Assembly (NCBI GenBank): GCA_964016885.1
Contig: OZ024748.1
Coordinates: forward strand, 26,288,001-26,352,000
Reading direction: 5' to 3'
DNA: 64,000 nt
From: Eledone cirrhosa
Lineage: Eukaryota
Below the pieces are notes generated by a model, which saw nothing but the letters and a program-made list of their open reading frames with translations, was not told the origin of the DNA and searched no databases. Shown piece after piece: positions 45,001 through 60,000 of this stretch; position 1 is the stretch's first letter, and every line of letters starts with the position of its first letter. A program made the position numbers and the translations under genes.

Positions 45001-48000
45001 AAATCTACTTCTGAACTGCCTCATATAACAGACATTGAAACAAGTACAATGGAAAGAACAACACAAATTACAGATATTGAAACTGAACGCACAACTCAGA
45101 CAGAAATTACACCACAACTAACAACATCTCCTGAAGAAACAACTCTGTCTACTCAGGTAGAGGACATCGAAAAGGTGACACCAACACAAGTTGCTAGCAC
45201 AATGCATACATCACCTGAAACAACAGTTGTTTCATCTCCAGAACACACCTCTATAACACCTATAGATGAACTTACTAGTATTGTATATACAACTGAGACA
45301 TCAACTGAAAAACCACTACCTATAAAGACACCTACAAGCACAGCAGAAAAGATCACTGAAACTAGAACAGACACAACAGCAACAACATCACAGCTTCCTT
45401 CAACAAGTGAAATCCATATAGAAACTCCTAAATCTACTTCTGAACTGCCTCATATAACTGACATTGAATCAAGTACAGTGGAAAGAACAACACAAATTAC
45501 AGATATTGAAACTGAACGCACAACTCAGACAGAAATTACACCACAACTAACAACATCTCCTGAAGAAACAACTCTGTCTACTCAGATAGAGGACATTGAA
45601 AAGGTGACACCAACACAAGTTGCTAGCACAATGCATACATCACCTGAAACGACAGATGTTTCATCTCCAGAACACACCTCTATAACACCTACAGATGAAC
45701 TTACTAGTATTGAATATACAACTGAGACATCAACTGAAAAATCACTACCTACGATAACACCTACAAGCACAGCAGAAAAGATCACTGAAACTAGAACAGA
45801 CACAACACCAACAACATCACAGCTTCCTTCAACAAGTGAAATCCATATAGAAACTCCTAAATCTACTTCTGAACTGCCTCATATAACTGACATTGAAACA
45901 AGTACAGTGGAAAGAACAACACAAGTTACAGATATTGAAACTGAGCGCACAACTCAGACAGAAATTACACCACAACAAACAACATCTCCTGAAGAAACAA
46001 CACTGTCTACTCAGGTAGAGGACATCGTAAAGGTGACACCAACACAAGTTGCTAGCACAATGCATACATCACCTGAAACAAAAGTTGTTTCATCTCGAGA
46101 ACACACCTCTATAACACCTACAGATGAACTTACTAGTATTGAATATACAACTGAGACATCAACTGAAAAACCACTACCTATAAAGACACCTACAAGCACA
46201 GCAGAAAAGATCACTGAAACTAGAACAGACACAACAGCAACAACATCACAGCTTCCTTCAACAAGTGAAATCCATATAGAAACTCCTAAATCTACTTCTG
46301 AACTGCCTCATATAACTGACATTGAAACTAGTACAGTGGAAAGAACAACACAAATTACAGATATTGAAACTGAACGCACAACTCAGACAGAAATTACACC
46401 ACAACTAACAACATCTCCTGAAGAAACAACTCTGTCTACTCAGGCAGAGGACATCGAAAAGGTGACACCAACACAAGTTGCTAGCACAATGCATACATCA
46501 CCTGAAACGACAGATGTTTCATCTCCAGAACACACCTCTATAACACCTACAGATGAACTTACTAGTATTGAATATACAACTGAGACATCAACTGAAAAAC
46601 CACTACCTATCAAGACACCTACAAGCACAGCAGAAAAGATCACTGAAACTATAACAGACACAGCAGCAACAACATCACAGCTTCCTTCAACAAGTGAAAT
46701 CCATATAGAAACTCCTAAATCTACTTCTGAACTGCCTCATATAACAGACATTGAAACAAGTACAATGGAAAGAACAACACAAATTACAGATCTTGAAACT
46801 GAACGCACAACTCAGACAGAAATTACACCACAACTTACAACATCTCCTGAAGAAACAACTCTGTCTACTCAGGTAGAGGACATCGAAAAGGTGACACCAA
46901 CACAAGTTGCTAGCACAATGCATACATCACCTGAAACGACAGTTGTTTCATCTCCAGAACACACCTCTATAACACCTACAGATGAACTTACTAGTATTGA
47001 ATATACAACTGAGACATCAACTGAAAAACCACTACCTATCAAGACACCTACAAGCACAGCAGAAAAGATCACTGAAACTATAACAGACACAGCAGCAACA
47101 ACATCACAGCTTCCTTCAACAAGTGAAATCCATATAGAAACTCCTAAATCTACTTCTGAACTGCCTCATATAACAGACATTGAAACAAGTACAATGGAAA
47201 GAATAACACAAATTACAGATCTTGAAACTGAATGCACAACTCAGACAGAAATTACACCACAACTAACAGCATCTCCTGAAGAAACAACTCTGTCTACTCA
47301 GGTAGAGGACATCGAAATGGTGACACCAACACAAGTTGCTAGCACAATGCATACATCACCTGAAACAACAGTTGTTTCATCTCCCGAAAACACCTCTATA
47401 ACGGCTACAGATGAACTTACTAGTATTGAATATACAACTGAGACATCAACTGAAAAACCACTACCTATAAAGACACCTACAAGCACAGCAGAAAAGATCA
47501 CTGAAACTAGAACAGACACAACAGCAACAACATCACAGCTTCCTTCAACAAGTGAAATCCATATAGAAACTCCTAAATCTACTTCTGAACTGCCTCATAT
47601 AACTGACATTGAAACAAGTACAGTGGAAAGAACAACACAAATTACAGATATTGAAACTGAACGCACAACTCAGACAGAAATTACACCACAACTAACAACA
47701 TCTCCTGAAGAAACAACTCTGTCTACTCAGGTAGAGGACATCGAAAAGGTGACACCAACACAAGTTGCTAGCACAATGCATACATCATCTGAAACGACAG
47801 TTGTTTCATCTCCAGAACACACCTCTATAACACCTACAGATGAACTTACTAGCATTGAATATACAACTGTGACATCAACTGAAAAACCACTACCTATAAA
47901 GACACCTACAAGCACAGCTGAAAAGATCACTGAAACTATAACAGACACAACAGCAACAACATCACAGCTTCCTTCAACAAGTGAAATCCATATAGAAACT

Positions 48001-51000
48001 CCTAAATCTACTTCTGAACTGCCTCATATAACAGACATTGAAACAAGTACAATGGAAAGAACAACACAAATTACAGATATTGAAACTGAACGCACAACTC
48101 AGACAGAAATTACACCACAACTAACAACATCTCCTGAAGAAACAACTCTGTCTACTCAGATAGAGGACATCAAAAAGGTGACACCAACACAAGTTGCTAG
48201 CACAATGCATACATCACCTGAAACGACAGATGTTTCATCTCCAGAACACACCTCTATAACACCTACAGATGAACTTACTAGTATTGAATATACAACTGAG
48301 ACATCAACTGAAAAACCACTACCTATCAAGACACCTACAAGCACAGCAGAAAAGATCACTGAAACTATAACAGACACAGCAGCAACAACATCACAGCTTC
48401 CTTCAACAAGTGAAATCCATATAGAAACTCCTAAATCTACTTCTGAACTGCCTCATATAACAGACATTGAAACAAGTACAATGGAAAGAACAACACAAAT
48501 TACAGATCTTGAAACTGAACGCACAACTCAGACAGAAATTACACCACAACTTACAACATCTCCTGAAGAAACAACTCTGTCTACTCGGGTAGAGGACATC
48601 GAAAAGGTGACACCAACACAAGTTGCTAGCACAATGCATACATCACCTGAAACAACAGTTGTTTCATCTCCAGAACACACCTCTATAACACCTACAGATG
48701 AACCTACTAGTATTGAATATACAACTGAGACATCAACTGAAAAACCACTACCTATCAAGACACCTACAAGCACAGCAGAAAAGATCACTGAAACTATAAC
48801 AGACACAGCAGCAACAACATCACAGCTTGCTTCAACAAGTGAAATCCATATAGAAACTCCTAAATCTACTTCTGAACTGCCTCATATAACAGACATTGAA
48901 ACAAGTACAATGGAAAGGACAACACAAATTACAGATATTGAAACTGAACGCACAACTCAGACAGAAATTACACCACAACTAACAACATCTCCTGAAGAAA
49001 CAACTCTGTCTACTCAGGTAGAGGACATCGAAAAGGTGACACCAACACAAGTTGCTAGCACAATGCATACATCACCTGAAACAACAGTTGTTTCATCTCC
49101 AGAACACACCTCTATAACACCTACAGATGAACTTACTAGTATTGAATATACAACTGAGACATCAACTGAAAAACCACTACCTATAAAGACACCTACAAGC
49201 ACAGCTGAAAAGATCACTGAAACAAAAACAGACACAACAGCAACAACATCACAGCTTCCTTCAACAAGTGAAATCCATATAGAAACTCATAAATCTACTT
49301 CTGAACTGCCTCATATAACTGACATTGAAACAAGTACAGTGGAAAGAACAACACAAATTACAGATATTGAAACTGAACGCACAACTCAGACAGAAATTAC
49401 ACCACAACTAACAACATCTCCTGAAGAAACAACTCTGTCTACTCAGGTAGAGGACATCGAAAAGGTGACACCAACACAAGTTGCTAGCACAATGCATATA
49501 TCACCTGAAACGACAGTTGTTTCATCTCCAGAACTCACCTCCATAACACCTACAGATGAACTTACTAGTATTGAATATACAACTGCGACATCAACTGAAA
49601 AACCACTACCTAGAAAGACACCTACAAGCACAGCTGAAAAGATCACTGAAACTATAACAGACACAACAGCAACAACATCGCAGCTTCCTTCAACAAGTGA
49701 AATCCATATAGAAACTCATAAATCTACTTCTGAACTGCCTCATATAACAGACATTGAAACAAGTACAATGGAAAGAACAACACAAATTACAGATATTGAA
49801 ACTGAACGCACAACTCAGACAGAAATTACACCACAACTAACAACATCTCCTGAAGAAACAACTCTGTCTACTCAGGTAGAGGACATCGAAAAGGTGACAC
49901 CAACACAAGTTGCTAGCACAATGCATACATCACCTGAAACAACAGTTGTTTCATCTCCAGAACACACCTCTATAACACCTACAGATGAACTTACTAGTAT
50001 TGTATATACAACTGAGACATCAACTGAAAAACCACTACCTATAAAGACACCTACAAGCACAGCAGAAAAGATCACTGAAACTAGAACAGACACAACAGCA
50101 ACAACATCACAGCTTCCTTCAACAAGTGAAATCCATATAGAAACTCCTAAATCTACTTCTGAACTGCCTCATATAACTGACATTGAATCAAGTACAGTGG
50201 AAAGAACAACACAAATTACAGATATTGAAACTGAACGCACAACTCAGACAGAAATTACACCACAACTAACAACATCTCCTGAAGAAACAACTCTGTCTAC
50301 TCAGGTAGAGGACATTGAAAAGGTGACACCAACACAAGTTGCTAGCACAATGCATACATCACCTGAAACGACAGATGTTTCATCTCCAGAACACACCTCT
50401 ATAACACCTACAGATGAACTTACTAGTATTGAATATACAACTGAGACATCAACTGAAAAACCACTACCTATCAAGACACCTACAAGCACAGCAGAAAAGA
50501 TCACTGAAACTATAACAGACACAGCAGCAACAACATCACTGCTTCCTTCAACAAGTGAAATCCATATAGAAACTCCTAAATCTACTTCTGAACTGCCTCA
50601 TATAACAGACATTGAAACAAGTACAATGGAAAGCATAACACAAATTACAGATCTTGAAACTGAACGCACAACTCAGACAGAAATTACACCACAACTAACA
50701 ACATCTCCTGAAGAAACAACTCTGTCTACTCAGGTAGAGGACATCGAAATGGTGACACCAACACAAGTTGCTAGCACAATGCATACATCACCTGAAACAA
50801 CAGTTGTTTCATCTCCCGAAAACACCTCTATAACGGCTACAGATGAACTTACTAGTATTGAATATACAACTGAGACATCAACTGAAAAACCACTACCTAT
50901 AAAGACACCTACAAGCACAGCAGAAAAGATCACTGAAACTAGAACAGACACAACAGCAACAACATCACAGCTTCCTTCAACAAGTGAAATCCATATAGAA

Positions 51001-54000
51001 ACTCCTAAATCTACTTCTGAACTGCCTCATATAACTGACATTGAAACAAGTACAGTGGAAAGAACAACACAAATTACAGATATTGAAACTGAACGCACAA
51101 CTCAGACAGAAATTACACCACAACTAACAACATCTCCTGAAGAAACAACTCTGTCTACTCAGGTAGAGGACATCGAAAAGGCGACACCAACACAAGTTGC
51201 TAGCACAATGCATACATCATCTGAAACGACAGTTGTTTCATCTCCAGAACACACCTCTATAACACCTACAGATGAACTTACTAGCATTGAATATACAACT
51301 GTGACATCAACTGAAAAACCACTACCTATAAAGACACCTACAAGCACAGCTGAAAAGATCACTGAAACTATAACAGACACAACAGCAACAACATCACAGC
51401 TTCCTTCAACAAGTGAAATCCATATAGAAACTCCTAAATCTACTTCTGAACTGCCTCATATAACAGACATTGAAACAAGTACAATGGAAAGAACAACACA
51501 AATTACAGATATTGAAACTGAACGCACAACTCAGACAGAAATTACACCACAACTAACAACATCTCCTGAAGAAACAACTCTGTCTACTCAGATAGAGGAC
51601 ATCAAAAAGGTGACACCAACACAAGTTGCTAGCACAATGCATACATCACCTGAAACAACAGTTGTTTCATCTCCAGAACACACCTCTATAACACCTACAG
51701 ATGAACTTACTAGTATTGTATATACAACTGAGACATCAACTGAAAAACCACTACCTATAAAGACACCTACAAGCACAGCAGAAAAGATCACTGAAACTAG
51801 AACAGACACAACAGCAACAACATCACAGCTTCCTTCAACAAGTGAAATCCATATAGAAACTCCTAAATCTACTTCTGAACTGCCTCATATAACTGACATT
51901 GAAACAAGTACAGTGGAAAGAACAACACAAATTACAGATATTGAAACTGAACGCACAACTCAGACAGAAATTACAACACAACTAACAACATCTCCTGAAG
52001 AAACAACTCTGTCTACTCAGGTAGAGGACATCGAAAAGGTGACACCAACACAAGTTGCTAGCACAATGCATACATCACCTGAAACGATAGATGTTTCATC
52101 TCCAGAACACACCTCTATAACACCTACAGATGAACTTACTAGTATTGAATATACAACTGAGACATCAACTGAAAAACCACTACCTATCAAGACACCTACA
52201 AGCACAGCAGAAAAGATCACTGAAACTATAACAGACACAGCAGCAACAACATCACAGCTTCCTTCAACAAGTGAAATCCATATAGAAACTCCTAAATCTA
52301 CTTCTGAACTGCCTCATATAACAGACATTGAAACAAGTACAATGGAAAGAACAACACAAATTACAGATCTTGAAACTGAACGCACAACTCAGACAGAAAT
52401 TACACCACAACTTACAACATCTCCTGAAGAAACAACTCTGTCTACTCGGGTAGAGGACATCGAAAAGGTGACACCAACACAAGTTGCTAGCACAATGCAT
52501 ACATCACCTGAAACGACAGTTGTTTCATCTCCAGAACACACCTCTATAACACCTACAGATGAACCTACTAGTATTGAATATACAACTGAGACATCAACTG
52601 AAAAACCACTACCTATCAAGACACCTACAAGCACAGCAGAAAAGATCAGTGAAACTATAACAGACACAGCAGCAACAACATCACAGCTTGCTTCAACAAG
52701 TGAAATCCATATAGAAACTCCTAAATCTACTTCTGAACTGCCTCATATAACAGACATTGAAACAAGTACAATGGAAAGAACAACACAAATTACAGATATT
52801 GAAACTGAACGCACAACTCAGACAGAAATTACACCACAACTAACAACATCTCCTGAAGAAACAACTCTGTCTACTCAGGTAGAGGACATCGAAAAGGTGA
52901 CACCAACACAAGTTGCTAGCACAATGCATACATCACCTGAAACAACAGTTGTTTCATCTCCAGAACACACCTCTATAACACCTACAGATGAACTTACTAG
53001 TATTGAATATACAACTGAGACATCAACTGAAAAACCACTACCTATAAAGACACCTACAAGCACAGCTGAAAAGATCACTGAAACAAAAACAGACACAACA
53101 GCAACAACATCACAGCTTCCTTCAACAAGTGAAATCCATATAGAAACTCATAAATCTACTTCTGAACTGCCTCATATAACTGACATTGAAACAAGTACAG
53201 TGGAAAGAACAACACAAATTACAGATATTGAAACTGAACGCACAACTCAGACAGAAATTACACCACAACTAACAACATCTCCTGAAGAAACAACTCTGTC
53301 TACTCAGGTAGAGGACATCGAAAAGGTGACACCAACACAAGTTGCTAGCAGAATGCATACATCACCTGAAACAACAGTTGTTTCATCTCCAGAACACACC
53401 TCTATAACACCTACAGATGAACTTACTAGTATTGAATATACAACTGAGACATCAACTGAAAAACCACTACCTATAAAGACACCTACAAGCACAGCTGAAA
53501 AGATCACTGAAACTATAACAGACACAACAGCAACAACATCGCAGCTTCCTTCAACAAGTGAAATCCATATAGAAACTCATAAATCTACTTCTGAACTGCC
53601 TCATATAACAGACATTGAAACAAGTACAATGGAAAGAACAACACAAATTACAGATATTGAAACTGAACGCACAACTCAGACAGAAATTACACCACAACTA
53701 ACAACATCTCCTGAAGAAACAACTCTGTCTACTCAGGTAGAGGACATCGAAAAGGTGACACCAACACAAGTTGCTAGCACAATGCATACATCACCTGAAA
53801 CAACAGTTGTTTCATCTCCAGAACACACCTCTATAACACCTACAGATGAACTTACTAGTATTGTATATACAACTGAGACATCAACTGAAAAACCACTACC
53901 TATAAAGACACCTACAAGCACAGCAGAAAAGATCACTGAAACTAGAACAGACACAACAGCAACAACATCACAGCTTCCTTCAACAAGTGAAATCCATATA

Positions 54001-57000
54001 GAAACTCCTAAATCTACTTCTGAACTGCCTCATATAACTGACATTGAATCAAGTACAGTGGAAAGAACAACACAAATTACAGATATTGAAACTGAACGCA
54101 CAACTCAGACAGAAATTACACCACAACTAACAACATCTCCTGAAGAAACAACTCTGTCTACTCAGGTAGAGGACATTGAAAAGGTGACACCAACACAAGT
54201 TGCTAGCACAATGCATACATCACCTGAAACGACAGATGTTTCATCTCCAGAACACACCTCTATAACACCTACAGATGAACTTACTAGCATTGAATATACA
54301 ACTGTGACATCAACTGAAAAACCACTACCTATAAAGACACCTACAAGCACAGCTGAAAAGATCACTGAAACTATAACAGACACAACAGCAACAACATCAC
54401 AGCTTCCTTCAACAAGTGAAATCCATATAGAAACTCCTAAATCTACTTCTGAACTGCCTCATATAACAGACATTGAAACAAGTACAATGGAAAGAACAAC
54501 ACAAATTACAGATATTGAAACTGAACGCACAACTCAGACAGAAATTACACCACAACTAACAACATCTCCTGAAGAAACAACTCTGTCTACTCAGATAGAG
54601 GACATCGAAAAGGTGACACCAACACAAGTTGCTAGCACAATGCATACATCACCTGAAACAACAGTTGTTTCATCTCCAGAACACACCTCTATAACACCTA
54701 CAGATGAACTTACTAGTATTGAATATACAACTGAGACATCAACTGAAAAACCACTACCTAGAAAGACACCTACAAGCACAGCTGAAAAGATCACTGAAAC
54801 TATAACAGACACAACAGCAACAACATCGCAGCTTCCTTCAACAAGTGAAATCCATATAGGAACTCATAAATCTACTTCTGAACTGCCTCATATAACAGAC
54901 ATTGAAACAAGTACAATGGAAAGAACAACACAAATTACAGATATTGAAACTGAACGCACAACTCAGACAGAAATTACACCACAACTAACAACATCTCCTG
55001 AAGAAACAACTCTGTCTACTCAGGTAGAGGACATCGAAAAGGTGACACCAACACAAGTTGCTAGCACAATGCATACATCACCTGAAACAACAGTTGTTTC
55101 ATCTCCAGAACACACCTCTATAACACCTACAGATGAACTTACTAGTATTGTATATACAACTGAGACATCAACTGAAAAACCACTACCTATAAAGACACCT
55201 ACAAGCACAGCAGAAAAGATCACTGAAACTAGAACAGACACAACAGCAACAACATCACAGCTTCCTTCAACAAGTGAAATCCATATAGAAACTCCTAAAT
55301 CTACTTCTGAACTGCCTCATATAACTGACATTGAAACAAGTACAGTGGAAAGAACAACACAAATTACAGATATTGAAACTGAACGCACAACTCAGACAGA
55401 AATTACAACACAACTAACAACATCTCCTGAAGAAACAACTCTGTCTACTCAGGTAGAGGACATTGAAAAGGTGACACCAACACAAGTTGCTAGCACAATG
55501 CATACATCACCTGAAACGACAGATGTTTCATCTCCAGAACACACCTCTATAACACCTACAGATGAACTTACTAGTATTGAATATACAACTGAGACATCAA
55601 CTGAAAAACCACTACCTATCAAGACACCTACAAGCACAGCAGAAAAGATCACTGAAACTATAACAGACACAGCAGCAACAACATCACAGCTTCCTTCAAC
55701 AAGTGAAATCCATATAGAAACTCCTAAATCTACTTCTGAACTGCCTCATATAACAGACATTGAAACAAGTACAATGGAAAGAACAACACAAATTACAGAT
55801 CTTGAAACTGAACGCACAACTCAGACAGAAATTACACCACAACTTACAACATCTCCTGAAGAAACAACTCTGTCTACTCAGGTAGAGGACATCGAAAAGG
55901 TGACACCAACACAAGTTGCTAGCACAATGCATACATCACCTGAAACGACAGTTGTTTCATCTCCAGAACACACCTCTATAACACCTACAGATGAACCTAC
56001 TAGTATTGAATATACAACTGAGACATCAACTGAAAAACCACTACCTATCAAGACACCTACAAGCACAGCAGAAAAGATCACTGAAACTATAACAGACACA
56101 GCAGCAACAACATCACAGCTTGCTTCAACAAGTGAAATCCATATAGAAACTCCTAAATCTACTTCTGAACTGCCTCATATAACAGACATTGAAACAAGTA
56201 CAATGGAAAGAACAACACAAATTACAGATATTGAAACTGAACGCACAACTCAGACAGAAATTACACCACAACGAACAACATCTCCTGAAGAAACAACTCT
56301 GTCTACTCAGGTAGAGGACATCGAAAAGGTGACACCAACACAAGTTGCTAGCACAATGCATACATCACCTGAAACAACAGTTGTTTCATCTCCAGAACAC
56401 ACCTCTATAACACCTACAGATGAACTTACTAGTATTGAATATACAACTGAGACATCAACTGAAAAACCACTACCTATAAAGACACCTACAAGCACAGCTG
56501 AAAAGATCACTGAAACAAAAACAGACACAACAGCAACAACATCACAGCTTCCTTCAACAAGTGAAATCCATATAGAAACTCATAAATCTACTTCTGAACT
56601 GCCTCATATAACTGACATTGAAACAAGTACAGTGGAAAGAACAACACAAATTACAGATATTGAAACTGAACGCACAACTCAGACAGAAATTACACCACAA
56701 CTAACAACATCTCCTGAAGAAACAACTCTGTCTACTCAGGTAGAGGACATCGAAAAGGTGACACCAACACAAGTTGCTAGCACAATGCATACATCATCTG
56801 AAACGACAGTTGTTTCATCTCCAGAACACACCTCTATAACACCTACAGATGAACTTACTAGTATTGAATATACAACTGTGACATCAACTGAAAAACCACT
56901 ACCTATAAAGACACCTACAAGCACAGCTGAAAAGATCACTGAAACTATAACAGACACAACAGCAACAACATCACAGCTTCCTTCAACAAGTGAAATCCAT

Positions 57001-60000
57001 ATAGAAACTCCTAAATCTACTTCTGAACTGCCGCATATAACAGACATTGAAACAAGTACAATGGAAAGAACAACACAAATTACAGATATTGAAACTGAAC
57101 GCACAACTCAGACAGAAATTACACCACAACTAACAACATCTCCTGAAGAAACAACTCTGTCTACTCAGATAGAGGACATCGAAAAGGTGACACCAACACA
57201 AGTTGCTAGCACAATGCATACATCACCTGAAACAACAGTTGTTTCATCTCCAGAACACACCTCTATAACACCTACAGATGAACTTACTAGTATTGAATAT
57301 ACAACTGAGACATCAACTGAAAAACCACTACCTAGAAAGACACCTACAAGCACAGCTGAAAAGATCACTGAAACTATAACAGACACAACAGCAACAACAT
57401 CGCAGCTTCCTTCAACAAGTGAAATCCATATAGAAACTCATAAATCTACTTCTGAACTGCCTCATATAACAGACATTGAAACAAGTACAATGGAAAGAAC
57501 AACACAAATTACAGATATTGAAACTGAACGCACAACTCAGACAGAAATTACACCACAACTAACAACATCTCCTGAAGAAACAACTCTGTCTACTCAGGTA
57601 GAGGACATTGAAAAGGTGACACCAACACAAGTTGCTAGCACAATGCATACATCACCTGAAACGACAGATGTTTCATCTCCAGAACACACCTCTATAACAC
57701 CTACAGATGAACTTACTAGTATTGAATATACAACTGAGACATCAACTGAAAAACCACTACCTATCAAGACACCTACAAGCACAGCAGAAAAGATCACTGA
57801 AACTATAACAGACACAGCAGCAACAACATCACAGCTTCCTTCAACAAGTGAAATCCATATAGAAACTCCTAAATCTACTTCTGAACTGCCTCATATAACA
57901 GACATTGAAACAAGTACAATGGAAAGAACAACAGAAATTACAGATATTGAAACTGAACGCACAACTCAGACAGAAATTACACCACAACTAACAACATCTC
58001 CTGAAGAAACAACTCTGTCTACTCAGGTAGAGGACATCGAAAAGGTGACACCAACACAAGTTGCTAGCACAATGCATACATCACCTGAAACAACAGTTGT
58101 TTCATCTCCAGAACACACCTCTATAACACCTACAGATGAACTTACTAGTATTGAATATACAACTGAGACATCAACTGAAAAACCACTACCTAGAAAGACA
58201 CCTACAAGCACAGCTGAAAAGATCACTGAAACAAAAACAGACACAACAGCAACAACATCACAGCTTCCTTCAACAAGTGAAATCCATATAGAAACTCATA
58301 AATCTACTTCTGAACTGCCTCATATAACAGACATTGAAACAAGTACAATGGAAAGAACAACACAAATTACAGATATTGAAACTGAACGCACAACTCAGAC
58401 AGAAATTACACCACAACTAACAACATCTCCTGAAGAAACAACTCTGTCTACTCAGGTAGAGGACATCGTAAAGGTGACAGCAACACAAGTTGCTAGCACA
58501 ATGCATACATCACCTGAAACAAAAGTTGTTTCATCTCCTGAACACACCTCTATAACACCTACAGATGAACTTACTAGTATTGAATATAAAACTGAGACAT
58601 CAACTGAAAAACCACTACCTATCAAGACACATACAAGCACAGCAGAAAAGATCACTGAAACTAGGACAGACACAACAGCAACAACATCACAGGTTCCTTC
58701 AATAAGTGAAATCCATATAGAAACTCCTAAATCTACTTCTGAACTGCCTCATATAACTGACATTGAAACAAGTACAGTGGAAAGAACAACACAAGTTACA
58801 GATGTTGAAACTGAGCGCACAACTCAGACAGAAATTACACCACAACAAACAACATCTCCTGAAGAAACAACACTGTCTACTCAGGTAGAGGACATCGTAA
58901 AGGTGACACCAACACAAGTTGCTAGCACAATGCATACATCACCTGAAACAACAGTTGTTTCATCTCCTGAACACACTTCTATGACACCTACACATGAACT
59001 CACTATTAAAGAATACAAAACTGAGACATCAACTGAAAAATCACTACCTATGACAACACCTACAAGCACATCAGAAAAGATCACTGAAACCATAACAGAC
59101 ACAACAGCAACAACATCACAGCTTCCTTCAACAAGTGAAATCCATATAGAAACTCATAAATCTACTTCTGAACTGCCTCATATAACAGACATTGAAACAA
59201 GTACGATGGAAAGAACAACACAAATTACAGATCTTGAAACTGAACGCACAACTCAGACAGAAATTACACCAGAACTAACAACATCTCCTGAAGAAACAAC
59301 TCTGTCTACTCAGGTAGAGGACATCGAAAAGGTGACACCAACACAAGTTGCTAGCACAATGCATACATCACCTGAAACAAAAGTTGTTTCATCTGAACAC
59401 ACCTCTATAACACCTACAGATGAACTTACTAGTATTGAATATAGAACTGAGACATCAACTGAAAAATCACTACCTACGATAACACCTACAAGCACAGCAG
59501 AAAAGATCACTGAAACTAGAACAGACACAACACCATCAACATCACAGCTTCCTTCAACAAGTGAAATCCATATAGAAACTCCTAAATCTACTTCTGAACT
59601 GCCTCATATAACTGACATTGAAACAAGTACAGTGGAAAGAACAACACAAATTACAGATATTGAAATTGAACGCACAACTCAGACAGAAATTACACCACAA
59701 CTAACAACATCTCCTGAAGAAACAACACTGTCTACTCAGGTAGAGGACATCGAAAAGGTGACACCAACACAAGTTGCTAGCACAATGCATATATCACCTG
59801 AAACGACAGTTGTTTCATCTCCAGAACTCACCTCTATAACACCTACAGATGAACTTACTAGTATTGAATATACAACTGAGACATCAACTGAAAAACCACT
59901 ACCTATAAAGACACCTACAAGCACAGCTGAAAAGATCACTGAAACTAGAACAGACACAACAGCAACAACATCACAGCTTCCTTCAACAAGTGAAATCCAT

